From: Candidatus Omnitrophota bacterium
GTDB lineage: Bacteria; Omnitrophota; Gorgyraeia; Gorgyraeales; Gorgyraeaceae
Length of the DNA stretch: 64,000 bases
NCBI GenBank assembly: GCA_030649895.1
Contig: JAUSEX010000040.1
Coordinates: 16,839 to 80,838 of the forward strand
Direction of reading: 5' to 3'
Part shown: positions 10,551 to 19,259 of the stretch, piece after piece
Numbering within the stretch: the first letter of the stretch is position 1
How the letters are laid out: every line of letters begins with the position of its first letter
The notes under the pieces: generated by a model
Databases searched by the model: none
What the model saw: the letters and a program-made list of their open reading frames with translations, nothing else
What the model was told of the DNA's origin: nothing
Made by a program: the position numbers and the translations under genes

Positions 10551-11225
10551 ATGGACTGGAACTTAATTGTAGTTGATCCAGTAAAAGCTATGTTGGTGAG
10601 GGCGGCCACATTTCTACCTACTTTAATAGGTATAATCGTTATACTTATAGTAGGGTGGATTGTAGCAGCGGTCCTGAGAAATGTAGTTGTAAAATTATTG
10701 AAGGTAGTACAGTTTGACGCTGCTAGCGAAAAATCAGGGCTAGCCGATGTCTTAAGAAAGGGAGGCATAAAGAATACTTTTTCGGAATTGATAGGCGGAC
10801 TTGTCTATTGGGTAATAATGCTTTTAGTTTTTATGGCGTCTCTGAATGCGCTTGGTATGACAGTTGTAGCGTCTTTACTGGACAAGGTTATACTTTATAT
10901 ACCGAATGTTATAGCGGCTATTTTTATAATTTCTCTTGGTATATTTTTCGCAAGCACTATAGGCTCCATTGTGATGACCGCTTGCATGAACGCCGGAATG
11001 AAACAGGCAAAGTTAATGAGCCAGGTAACGCAGACTGTAATAGTGATATTTGTGGCGATTATGACGCTAGAGCAGCTGAATATAGCTACCACGATATTGA
11101 ATACAACTATTACGGTAGTGTTAGGAGCCGTAGGATTGGCGTTTGCGCTTGCAGTAGGGCTTGGTTCAAAAGATATTGCCGGGAAGCTTATGCATGATTT
11201 AGTGGAAAAATTGAAAATTAAATAA
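10551..11225 (+). CDS. Polytopic inner-membrane protein (TM-helix repeat type, possibly mechanosensitive-channel related)
   Basis: 224 aa with about 5 predicted TM helices, repeated hydrophobic modules and a K-rich C-terminus; no catalytic motif recognised. Confidence 0.4.
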   Translation: MDWNLIVVDPVKAMLVRAATFLPTLIGIIVILIVGWIVAAVLRNVVVKLLKVVQFDAASEKSGLADVLRKGGIKNTFSELIGGLVYWVIMLLVFMASLNALGMTVVASLLDKVILYIPNVIAAIFIISLGIFFASTIGSIVMTACMNAGMKQAKLMSQVTQTVIVIFVAIMTLEQLNIATTILNTTITVVLGAVGLAFALAVGLGSKDIAGKLMHDLVEKLKIK

Positions 11226-11249
11226 TGTCTTCAAATTAAAGGTTTACAG

Positions 11250-11284
11250 CCCCGCATTCCCGAAAAGGGATGCGGGGTTTTTTA
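11250..11284 (+). terminator. Rho-independent terminator
   Basis: CCCCGCATTCCCG-AAAA-GGGATGCGGGG followed by TTTTTT. Confidence 0.75.
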
Positions 11285-11300
11285 ATGAGCCTGCCTGAAA

Positions 11301-11333
11301 GTGGGCATATCTACTTGCAAATATAGCAAGTAG
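11301..11333 (+). promoter_or_regulatory. Promoter TTGCAA-N17-TATAAT overlapped by the inverted repeat CTACTTGC-N7-GCAAGTAG (candidate operator)
   Basis: The hexamers and spacing are seen directly. The 8-bp perfect IR spans the -35 and spacer. ATG of the GspK-like gene lies 21 nt downstream with no clear SD. Confidence 0.5.
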
Positions 11334-11353
11334 TTTGTATAATAAAATACAAT

Positions 11354-14300
11354 ATGAATAGCGCGAGAGAAGAAAAAGGCATTGCGTTGATACTTGTGGT
11401 AAGCGTCCTGGCTGTCGCAAGCATAATGGCGATATCTTTTGCATTTACCATGAGGCTGGAATTGAAAGCCGCAGCCAATTATCTGGAAGCTACAAGGGCG
11501 TCTTATCTCGCGCAGTCAGGCATCACGTACGCGCAGCAGATTCTAAAAGAAGACTCGAGGGATATAGATAGCTTCGAAGACAAATGGCACACTATCTTTA
11601 CAGGCAGCGATATTGATAACGATGGAGACGGCCAGCCTGATTCAAAATGGATAAATATTTACAATGAGGAAAGCGAGGCCATAGGCAGGTATGCTGTCCT
11701 GGTGAGGGATGAAACCAGTTTTATGGATATAAATATAGCTTATAAGCACAATCTTTCGCTTTTAAAGGTTACGGAAGGCTGGACTCCATATGAGCTGGAC
11801 CTGCAAAAATTTATAAATTCTTCAGGCTTGAAAGATCCAGATAAGGTGTACGAAGATATCGTTAGTTTTAGGTATGGGTCTGATGGCCAGCCGGGCGAGA
11901 TGGGCGCGGACGATAACCAGAATCAAAGGATCCTGGATTCCGATGGCATCGATAATAACTCGAACGGCATCATAGATGAAGCGAGCGAAGGCGTGGATGA
12001 GCCGATGGAATACGAACCGTTTAATCTTCACGGGGACGACAAAGCATTCGAAACGCCTTTCGAAATAAGTAAAATTAAATCGATCGCAAAACAGGAGCTT
12101 TATAAATTGTATCCCTATATAACTACGTATTCGGTTGATAAGAATATAGATGTTCAGGGAAGGTTGAAGGATAATATTAATTCCATGGATAGCCAGACTC
12201 TTGCTGTATTGTTGGAAGACGCCGGCGTAAGCGACCCGTTTCAAAAAGCAGTTAATATTATAGACGCTTGTGACGATGATTTCAGCCAGAGTACCGTACC
12301 AAAATTATACAACAGGCTCGCAGTGATCAATAGAGGCGATACAGGAGACTGGATATGGAAAGGCAGCTGCTATCAGAGCGACGTAAAAGATGGGCAACCT
12401 TTTACGATTACCTGGATCAATCTTCCGGAAGGAGAATATTACATAGGCGTGTTTGGGATAAAAAATGAATTAGTGGGAGATGTTACTGTAAACGGCATGA
12501 CCCAGAATTATGTGAGGGATGGCGAGCTGCTGAGGATAGGGGCTGTCTCGTTTGAGAATAAAATCTTAAATCTTTCCATAAATAACAGCGCAGGGTCGGT
12601 TTGTTATTTTTCTTATCTTGAATTATATCCCAGGCTGGGCCAGCAGAATTTCAACTCGAGCGAGATAAGAGGCGTTGAAGGCATAAGGATAAATGAAATA
12701 ATGGTAAGGCCTGTTATTTCCAGAAGCACTTTTAGCAACCAGGCACCTGGCGGAGACTGGACATGGCAAAATGCATACTATCAGAATAGTCAGCCAAAGG
12801 GCGGAAAAACCGGGGAAGGCGAATGGACCTGGAAGGATGTTCCCAATGGCAAATATTACGCCAGGTTATTTGCGGGCGTAGCCGATCAGGAGATAGGAAA
12901 TGTTGAAATAGGGGGCGTTCATTCGGAAGGGATGAGAGACGGAGATTTGTTTGGCAGCGGAAAAGTTGTTACTGTCTCAGGCGGGAAATTTACTATTAGG
13001 ATTCAGAATCAAAGAGAAACAGGATCTACGTATTTTAAATCTGTAGATTTGAGCCAGCAACCTGACGGAGAATATATAGAGCTTATAAATCTCACTCCCA
13101 GGGACGTGAATCTGAGCGGCTGGACCGTAGAAGGCCCGAGCAAAGAAGGCTGGCCTGCTACTATCCCTCTTGGTACGACAATAGGCCCTCACGAGCACAT
13201 TGCGCTGGCTATTGATAAAGACGATACACAGTCAGGGATAAATAATAACGGTATTTCATTTACATCGATATGGGGTAAAGAAAAATCCACAACTTTGCAT
13301 TTTTTAAGGGTGATAAGCCCTAATTCCGATCTTCTGTCTGACGTTGCTTTTATGGGAGGGAATTTTATAGCGCTTAAAGAACCCATGGGCCATGTCGTGG
13401 ATAAGCAGGAATATTTTAGCGGCAATGCAGCTGATTATAAGGCATTGGAGAAATCAGACCCTAGCTATGTATTGGATTCAAATAATAACGGCATACCTGA
13501 CAACTGGTATGCGTCTACCGCGAAAAAAGGAGCGACGCCCGGCCTGCCTAATGATAATGACGGGATGAGAGAGAAGATAGGAGAAGAGATAATAGAGCAT
13601 TACGATACCGAGGTGAACGCAAAGAACAAGAATTTTTCTTCGATAGGAGAGATTTCATTTGTTTCGCTTGGAACTGAACCATGGAAGAGCATAGCTCCGC
13701 AGGATGTCGCGAAGATTGCGGACAGGCTTACCGTATTCGGGATAAAACTGGAAGCGGAAAATAAAATCGTGAAAGGTTCCGAAGGAAACTGGAAAGTTGT
13801 GCAGAGGGCAGCTCCCTTGACAGACTGGTGCGAAAATGGAAAAGAGGATTCGATCGGCATGTGGAGATGGGAGGCGAAGGATGGCTTGGAAAACGGCTAT
13901 TATAAATTGAAAATATTCGGGGAAGAAGGCGAGGCAATAGCCATATCAATACATCTCGCGGACGATACATGGACGAGTTTTACGCCGGCCCTCACCCCTG
14001 GGCCTGACAAAGGAATAAATTTTGGTAATATAGAAATAGGCACTGGTAGTTCTATAGCTACGCCGAGCGGGGTCCTGGAAATAAAAATAAAGAACAGTTC
14101 GGAGACAGGCGCCGCTCACTTTGATTTTATAAGCTTGGACCCAGTAAATAACCTATACGGCAGGATAAATGTAAATACAGCCTCTAAAAGAGTTTTAGCT
14201 ATTCTACCAGGTATAGATGACGCCATAGCGGATAATATAATTAATAACAGGGTTTTTGGGAATAAAAATAGCCTTTATCTTGGCATAGGCGATCTTATCA

Positions 14301-14470
14301 CCACCCAGGCGTTAGGCTCAACTGATGTGGATAAGAAAAATAGGTTCAGGCAGATTTCGAATCTTATCACAGTCCATTCCGATTGTTATAGGATTATTGT
14401 CACGGGCCAGGCTCTTGAAAAAGGGAAGGTCCTGGCTGAAAAGAAGATCTGGGTGGTGTTTGAGCGTTAA
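11354..14470 (+). CDS. Giant GspK/PilX-like minor pseudopilin with adhesin-like inserts
   Basis: N-terminus GIALILVVSVLAVASIMAISFAF...RLELKAAANYLEATRASYLAQSGI and C-terminus INVNTASKRVLAILPGIDDAIADNII (HhH pair) match the T2SS GspK family. Between them about 800 aa contain DxDxDG Ca-binding-like loops (DIDNDGDGQPD, DSDGIDNNSNG), three GDW(I/T)W...GEYY beta-sandwich-like repeats (nt ~12336-13980) and a lamin-tail-domain-like segment EYIELINLTPRDVNLSGWTVEG (nt ~13069-13230). Confidence 0.6.
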   Translation: MNSAREEKGIALILVVSVLAVASIMAISFAFTMRLELKAAANYLEATRASYLAQSGITYAQQILKEDSRDIDSFEDKWHTIFTGSDIDNDGDGQPDSKWINIYNEESEAIGRYAVLVRDETSFMDINIAYKHNLSLLKVTEGWTPYELDLQKFINSSGLKDPDKVYEDIVSFRYGSDGQPGEMGADDNQNQRILDSDGIDNNSNGIIDEASEGVDEPMEYEPFNLHGDDKAFETPFEISKIKSIAKQELYKLYPYITTYSVDKNIDVQGRLKDNINSMDSQTLAVLLEDAGVSDPFQKAVNIIDACDDDFSQSTVPKLYNRLAVINRGDTGDWIWKGSCYQSDVKDGQPFTITWINLPEGEYYIGVFGIKNELVGDVTVNGMTQNYVRDGELLRIGAVSFENKILNLSINNSAGSVCYFSYLELYPRLGQQNFNSSEIRGVEGIRINEIMVRPVISRSTFSNQAPGGDWTWQNAYYQNSQPKGGKTGEGEWTWKDVPNGKYYARLFAGVADQEIGNVEIGGVHSEGMRDGDLFGSGKVVTVSGGKFTIRIQNQRETGSTYFKSVDLSQQPDGEYIELINLTPRDVNLSGWTVEGPSKEGWPATIPLGTTIGPHEHIALAIDKDDTQSGINNNGISFTSIWGKEKSTTLHFLRVISPNSDLLSDVAFMGGNFIALKEPMGHVVDKQEYFSGNAADYKALEKSDPSYVLDSNNNGIPDNWYASTAKKGATPGLPNDNDGMREKIGEEIIEHYDTEVNAKNKNFSSIGEISFVSLGTEPWKSIAPQDVAKIADRLTVFGIKLEAENKIVKGSEGNWKVVQRAAPLTDWCENGKEDSIGMWRWEAKDGLENGYYKLKIFGEEGEAIAISIHLADDTWTSFTPALTPGPDKGINFGNIEIGTGSSIATPSGVLEIKIKNSSETGAAHFDFISLDPVNNLYGRINVNTASKRVLAILPGIDDAIADNIINNRVFGNKNSLYLGIGDLITTQALGSTDVDKKNRFRQISNLITVHSDCYRIIVTGQALEKGKVLAEKKIWVVFER

Positions 14471-14500
14471 GTAACCGGAAAACTCATAATGTTGATTTGG

Positions 14501-14580
14501 AAAATAGGGAAAATAGGGACAGCGCCCATTTATTATTTATTTTTTATAGCATAAAAATGGGCGCTGTCCCTATTTTAGGA
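14501..14580. repeat. Family B palindromic repeat (copy 1 of 2), also terminator-like
   Basis: AAATAGGGACAGCGCCCATTT - 23 nt AT-rich loop - AAATGGGCGCTGTCCCTATTT, preceded by a GAAAATAGGG duplication; near-identical copy at 56262-56337. Confidence 0.7.
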
Positions 14581-14681
14581 GCTGGCTATTATGTAATGGG
14601 TTGCCTAGCTATTCAAATAGTGCAAGATTGCTCAAGATTATGCTTGATTTTTTTTGCTGACAGGATATAATTAATTTAAAT

Positions 14682-16493
14682 ATGCATAGGATTGAATATA
14701 ATAAAAAATATTTTATTCCAAAGACCGTTTTATTTTTTACAGCGGTCTTTTTTATTTTAGCGGTTGGGATCGCGGCTGCGAGCATAGCTAGCAGTAAAAA
14801 TTATAAATTGCATACAGCCCTGGCAGACGGCGGAGGGGCAAGCGGGGTTTCAAAGAATTACAACTCGGAGAATAGCGTGGGTTACCCGTTAGGCACCAAT
14901 GTTGCTACGGGCGTCAGTTATAAAATATACGGCGGATGGCTTTCCACCAGAAACACCATTCCTGACGTAGGCATATTAACATATAACGATGGCCAGGCTA
15001 CATTTGAAAATCCTCTTACATTGAAATGGGCGGTTACAGATAAAGACAATGATCCTCAGCGTTACTATCAGGTCCAGATCTCTAAAGACAGTTTTGAAAC
15101 AATAGATTTTGATTCAGGTATTGTTAAGACCAATTCCCAGCAATACACCACGCCTATATTGCCCACCACCGAAGGCTATGTAGACTATAAGTGGCGCGTG
15201 AGGGTAAGCGATGGATATGATTATTCAGGATGGGAAACAGCCAGTAGCGGGTTTAAGCTCGCAACGGGAACAATGGATCTGCCTATTATATTGGCTAAGA
15301 CTTCGCCTGGTGGAAGCGATATCCCGTCAAAATTATGGCAGGGATGCGGAGATCCATACATGTCATGGGAATACCCTGTAAAAGGCGTTCAACCTGCTGG
15401 TTACAGTTATGCGTGGGGAGATATGCCGGATAACCAGGCTGATACTCAGGGCACTTCTTACCAGACCCCTTCCGATCTTTTGGGGGATGGCGTCAGGGTG
15501 TTTAATCTTAAGGCTGAGAATTCAGCGGGTAATTGGGGTGAAATAGCTTCTTATGAATTATGGATAGATAGAGGCAGCCCTGTTATAGGTAATTATTCTC
15601 CGGAAAAAGGTTCGCTAATAGCGTCCGATAGGCCTACTATTACCATAGCTGCCAGCGATGATAAAAGCGGTGTGGATCCAAACGCTATTAATATGAAGAT
15701 AAATAAATCCACAGTAGGCGCTGCATATGATGAGAATAGCCAGAGCATTGTATATCTTCCATCTACGCCTCTCAGCGAAGGCAGTAATGTAGTGTCTATT
15801 GAAGTGGCTGACCTTGTGGGCAATAAAACATCCCAGGTTGTCTGGAGTTTTACTGTTGACACAAGGGGCCCGACAGGTTATGTGATAATAAATAACCAGG
15901 ATGCTGTTACTAATTCCGTATATGTCAACCTTGTATTTGGCGCCAGCGACTCTACGACAGATGTGGCAGATATGGTAATCTCGAACGACGGGGTTTTTGA
16001 CAATGAGCAATGGGAGCAGTTTAAAACCAAGAAGGAAAACTGGACGCTGACTCCTATAAGCGGTACCCGCAAGGTTTATGTAAAGTTTAAGGACACGGCA
16101 GGAAATGAATCAGAGGTTTTTAGCGATACGATAGAACTTATAATAATAGCGCCCGATACCATAATCACAAGCGGGCCGAGTTTGTTGACAAAGTCGAAAG
16201 AGGCCCTGTTTACTTTTAAAAGCAGCGTAGAGAATTGTGTATTTAGATGGAAATTTGATGATGATGAATGGTCTGCCTGGTCCAAGGATATTGCCGTATC
16301 CAAAAAAGACCTGAAAAACGGGAATCATTATTTCAAGGTTCAGGCTGCAAAAGATGTTAATAAGAATTCCAAAATAGACATAGACGAAATAGACCCTGTT
16401 CCTGCGGAAAGAACCTGGACCATAAGCGAAACAGGGGTTATAAAGCCGGAACCTGAGAAAAAGAAGCCTTTCAAATTTTGGAAAGAAGAATAA
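14682..16493 (+). CDS. Membrane-anchored surface protein with tandem Ig-like/FN3-like domains
   Basis: N-terminal TM (VLFFTAVFFILAVGIAAASIA) followed by several beta-sandwich segments typical of bacterial Ig-like domains (e.g. ITIAASDDKSGVD...VVSIEVADLVGN...); lies between the GspK-like gene and the pil genes. Confidence 0.5.
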   Translation: MHRIEYNKKYFIPKTVLFFTAVFFILAVGIAAASIASSKNYKLHTALADGGGASGVSKNYNSENSVGYPLGTNVATGVSYKIYGGWLSTRNTIPDVGILTYNDGQATFENPLTLKWAVTDKDNDPQRYYQVQISKDSFETIDFDSGIVKTNSQQYTTPILPTTEGYVDYKWRVRVSDGYDYSGWETASSGFKLATGTMDLPIILAKTSPGGSDIPSKLWQGCGDPYMSWEYPVKGVQPAGYSYAWGDMPDNQADTQGTSYQTPSDLLGDGVRVFNLKAENSAGNWGEIASYELWIDRGSPVIGNYSPEKGSLIASDRPTITIAASDDKSGVDPNAINMKINKSTVGAAYDENSQSIVYLPSTPLSEGSNVVSIEVADLVGNKTSQVVWSFTVDTRGPTGYVIINNQDAVTNSVYVNLVFGASDSTTDVADMVISNDGVFDNEQWEQFKTKKENWTLTPISGTRKVYVKFKDTAGNESEVFSDTIELIIIAPDTIITSGPSLLTKSKEALFTFKSSVENCVFRWKFDDDEWSAWSKDIAVSKKDLKNGNHYFKVQAAKDVNKNSKIDIDEIDPVPAERTWTISETGVIKPEPEKKKPFKFWKEE

Positions 16494-16525
16494 TCTAACC
16501 TGTTTATTTTCAAGTAGTTACCTTC

Positions 16526-16556
16526 AGTCTTCAGCTTTCAGCCTTCAGCTTTTTCC
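16526..16556. repeat. Short tandem CTTCAG(C/T) repeats
   Basis: CTTCAGTCTTCAGCTTTCAGCCTTCAGCTTT; the related GGCTGAAGG/CCTTCAGCC motif recurs at 37736-37762 and 55803-55833. Confidence 0.5.
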
Positions 16557-16566
16557 AGTGCTACCC

Positions 16567-16595
16567 TTGACAAATACTATCAGATAGTATATAGT
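16567..16595 (+). promoter_or_regulatory. Promoter TTGACA-N17-TATAGT with the palindrome ACTATCAGATAGT in the spacer (candidate operator)
   Basis: Hexamers and spacing seen directly; the 13-bp perfect palindrome sits inside the spacer, upstream of merR-pilM. Confidence 0.5.
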
Positions 16596-16744
16596 TATAC
16601 CACTCTATATCAAATAGAGATAAGATATTGTTCTATTTTTACAGGTTGGGCAAGACAATAAGATTTTGAAGGCCGAATTAACAAAAAGTTCGGCCTGAGT
16701 CGTCTAAGGGGCTAAACATGTTATTGAATAGTGAGGTGGTATAT

Positions 16745-16930
16745 ATGAAAGAAAAATATTATTCCGCAGAAACTGCGGCGCAGTTTCTTGGCATATCTAA
16801 GCAGACTCTTATAAGATATGAAAACAAGAGATTGTTTCCAGCGGCCAGAAGAAATACCCTTAATGGCTGGCGGGAATACACGGAAGACGATATTAAAAAA
16901 CTCAGGGCTATAATGGGAAGGACCAGGTAA
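16745..16930 (+). CDS. MerR-family HTH transcriptional regulator (short)
   Basis: YSAETAAQFLGISKQTLIRYENKRLFPAARR-NGWREYTEDDIKKL is a MerR-type HTH. GAGGTGG SD 6 nt before the ATG at 16745 (the ORF-track start at 16718 is less likely). Its stop abuts the pilM start. Confidence 0.6.
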   Translation: MKEKYYSAETAAQFLGISKQTLIRYENKRLFPAARRNTLNGWREYTEDDIKKLRAIMGRTR

Positions 16931-18457
16931 ATGGCCAAGTTCAAGGCAAGTTCAATAGCCTTAGATATAGGCGCTCATTTTATAAAGCTTGTTGAGCTTA
17001 AAAAAGAGAAGGATAGTATTGTGCTGACCAAAATCGGCTTAAAAGAAATCCCGAGAGATTTGAAGCTCGACAGGGATAAAACTATCAGTTCGCTTATCTC
17101 CGCATTATTATTGGAGAATCATATAAAGCCGAATCCTGTAAACATATCTATAAGCGGCCAGTCTGTTTTTGTAAGATTCGTAAAGTTGTTGCAGGTAAAA
17201 GAGGATAAATTAAAACAGACTATGAAATTTGAAGCGCAAAACCAGATACCTTTCAGCATGAATGAGGTCATGTGGGACTGGTCTCTGCTGGATAACGACA
17301 AAAATTCATCCAGAAAGGCAGTCATAGTTGCGATAAAAAAAAATCTGGTAGAAGAGATTATTTCAAAACTCAATTCCGTTAAATTATCTGCCGGGTTGAT
17401 AGATGTGGCTCCTATAAGCGTGTATAACTGTATGATATTTAACGAAGACTTTAATGTCCAGGGGTTGGGAGCCATACTTGACATAGGCGCGAAATCCACC
17501 AATTTCATTATATTTAATAAAGGTAATATATGGATAAGAAGTTTTCCTATAGCTGGAGAGAGGATCGAGGAGGCTAAAGAGCATGGCGTAGAGGAGCTTC
17601 TGGCAGAGGTGGAGAGATCCCTGGAGTATTATTTTATGCAGGCAGGAGAAGACGCCCCGCAGGAAAAAAAGATAACCCAGCTTTTCCTGACAGGCGGCGG
17701 AAGCGTTATGGAAAATATAGAAGCATCGCTTGTTTCTAAATTTAGCGTAAAACCTCAGATTATGGATCCTTTTAGAAAATTAAGGGTATCTAAAGATGTA
17801 TATCAAAAACTCCAGGTATGCGGACCTAAGAATCAATTTTCTACGGTTGTGGGCGTGGCGCTGAGGGGCATGACTGGTCTGAAGATAGAGGTAAATTTTC
17901 TGAAAGAAATAGCTTTGGAAAAGAAATCCTCGTTCCGGAAACGTTTTTATGCTGGCCTTTCAATGGCCACAGGCGCGCTGGTGCTTATAAGCTTTTCCAT
18001 TTTTATGCGCCAGGATTACTATATAAAAAAGATCAAGCTTGATAAAGCGGAAGACATGATAGGGATATACAGGACCTATGAGCCGAAGATAAAGAATATA
18101 CAGGAAGAGGAAAATATTTTAAGAGGGGAAATAGATACCTTATATCAAACAGCCTTTTCCAGGGCTATATGGCTCGGGATATTTAAGGCTATTTCAGAGA
18201 TACTCCCCAAGGATGTCTGGGTTACGGATTTATCGGGAATCATCTCTATAGAAAAGAGCGGGCTTGGGAGAATGGATATGAACGGGAAAGCTCTGTCTTA
18301 TCAATCAGTTAATAATTTCGTGTCGAGCCTTAAGGCGTTGCCGAGCTTTAGCGATGTGCGGCCTGTATCGTCTTCCGTGGAAAACGACAAAGATACAGGG
18401 GAAGAAATAGTTAAATTCAGCATCACCATGGATGTTGTTTTATTGACGAATCAGTAG
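16931..18457 (+). CDS. pilMN: Type IV pilus assembly protein PilM-PilN fusion
   Basis: N-terminal actin-like ATPase fold of PilM (ALDIGAHFIKLVELKK...), a central TM helix (AGLSMATGALVLISFSIFM), then a PilN-like periplasmic region; 508 aa. Confidence 0.6.
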   Translation: MAKFKASSIALDIGAHFIKLVELKKEKDSIVLTKIGLKEIPRDLKLDRDKTISSLISALLLENHIKPNPVNISISGQSVFVRFVKLLQVKEDKLKQTMKFEAQNQIPFSMNEVMWDWSLLDNDKNSSRKAVIVAIKKNLVEEIISKLNSVKLSAGLIDVAPISVYNCMIFNEDFNVQGLGAILDIGAKSTNFIIFNKGNIWIRSFPIAGERIEEAKEHGVEELLAEVERSLEYYFMQAGEDAPQEKKITQLFLTGGGSVMENIEASLVSKFSVKPQIMDPFRKLRVSKDVYQKLQVCGPKNQFSTVVGVALRGMTGLKIEVNFLKEIALEKKSSFRKRFYAGLSMATGALVLISFSIFMRQDYYIKKIKLDKAEDMIGIYRTYEPKIKNIQEEENILRGEIDTLYQTAFSRAIWLGIFKAISEILPKDVWVTDLSGIISIEKSGLGRMDMNGKALSYQSVNNFVSSLKALPSFSDVRPVSSSVENDKDTGEEIVKFSITMDVVLLTNQ

Positions 18458-18497
18458 GGGGCAGGCGCGCCTGTTCTCTACAAGGGTATGGTGCGAG

Positions 18498-19259
18498 ATG
18501 TTAAAACCCGGCAGAGAAAAAATTATTCTGAAACAGGGGCTTATAATACTTGCTGTTTTGGCGGGTATTTATATATTTTTCCTTAGCCCGTTTCTTAAGG
18601 AAGGCCGCTCAATAATGGACGAAGAGCTGGAGCGAAAGATAAGCGAAATGAAAAGATTTATTACGCTTACCGGGACAGTGCCTTCAAAGGAAAGCTTTAC
18701 CAGGATGGAGAAGGACAGAGAGTCCCTGGAAGAAAAATTTTCCAGCCTGGTGAATTTTATAGATCCGAATAAGGCGAGGTTTTCTGAAAAAAATACGGAG
18801 GCAGGGCTTTATTTTATAGAAAAACTTCATTCTACGATGAAAAAATTCGAAATAGACGCAGGGTCCAAAACCGTGAAGCTTCCAGAGAACCTTGGTTTTG
18901 GGGATGGCCTTCCAAAGGACGCCATAGTGCCTGTGCTTCTGAGGCAGCTTGAGATAGTGGAGTTTACCGTAGACGCGCTTTTAAAAAGCAATAGCTCGGA
19001 TATTTATAATCTGAAACCGCTTAAGCCTATTGAATACATAGAGCCTATTTCAAAGAAACTTTTTTATACTGAACTGCCTATCCAGATTTCCATAAAAACA
19101 ACAACTGACGCGTTTACGAATCTTTTGCTGGAGCTTAAGAACGCCAGCCCAGTAATCAACGTAAAAGAATTGCATGTTAAGAGCGTCGAACCTGGTTCAG
19201 GAGAATTGGAGATAAGCCTGGTATTAAGCAGCCTTATGGTCACGAGGAAAGAGAAATGA
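18498..19259 (+). CDS. pilO: PilO/GspM-like pilus assembly protein
   Basis: Single N-terminal TM, coiled coil, then a ferredoxin-like periplasmic region; placement after pilMN. Confidence 0.45.
   Translation: MLKPGREKIILKQGLIILAVLAGIYIFFLSPFLKEGRSIMDEELERKISEMKRFITLTGTVPSKESFTRMEKDRESLEEKFSSLVNFIDPNKARFSEKNTEAGLYFIEKLHSTMKKFEIDAGSKTVKLPENLGFGDGLPKDAIVPVLLRQLEIVEFTVDALLKSNSSDIYNLKPLKPIEYIEPISKKLFYTELPIQISIKTTTDAFTNLLLELKNASPVINVKELHVKSVEPGSGELEISLVLSSLMVTRKEK

Noticed and set aside
10328-10768. 146-aa minus-strand ORF spanning the gpmA-downstream intergenic region and the start of the membrane-protein gene
   Set aside because: It overlaps a predicted promoter/leader and the N-terminus of a + strand gene, with no motifs; likely spurious.
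10808-11197. 129-aa + strand ORF (Cys/Tyr-rich) overlapping the membrane-protein gene in another frame
   Set aside because: Fully contained in a well-supported membrane-protein CDS; its odd composition is what an alternate frame of a hydrophobic gene gives; no SD.
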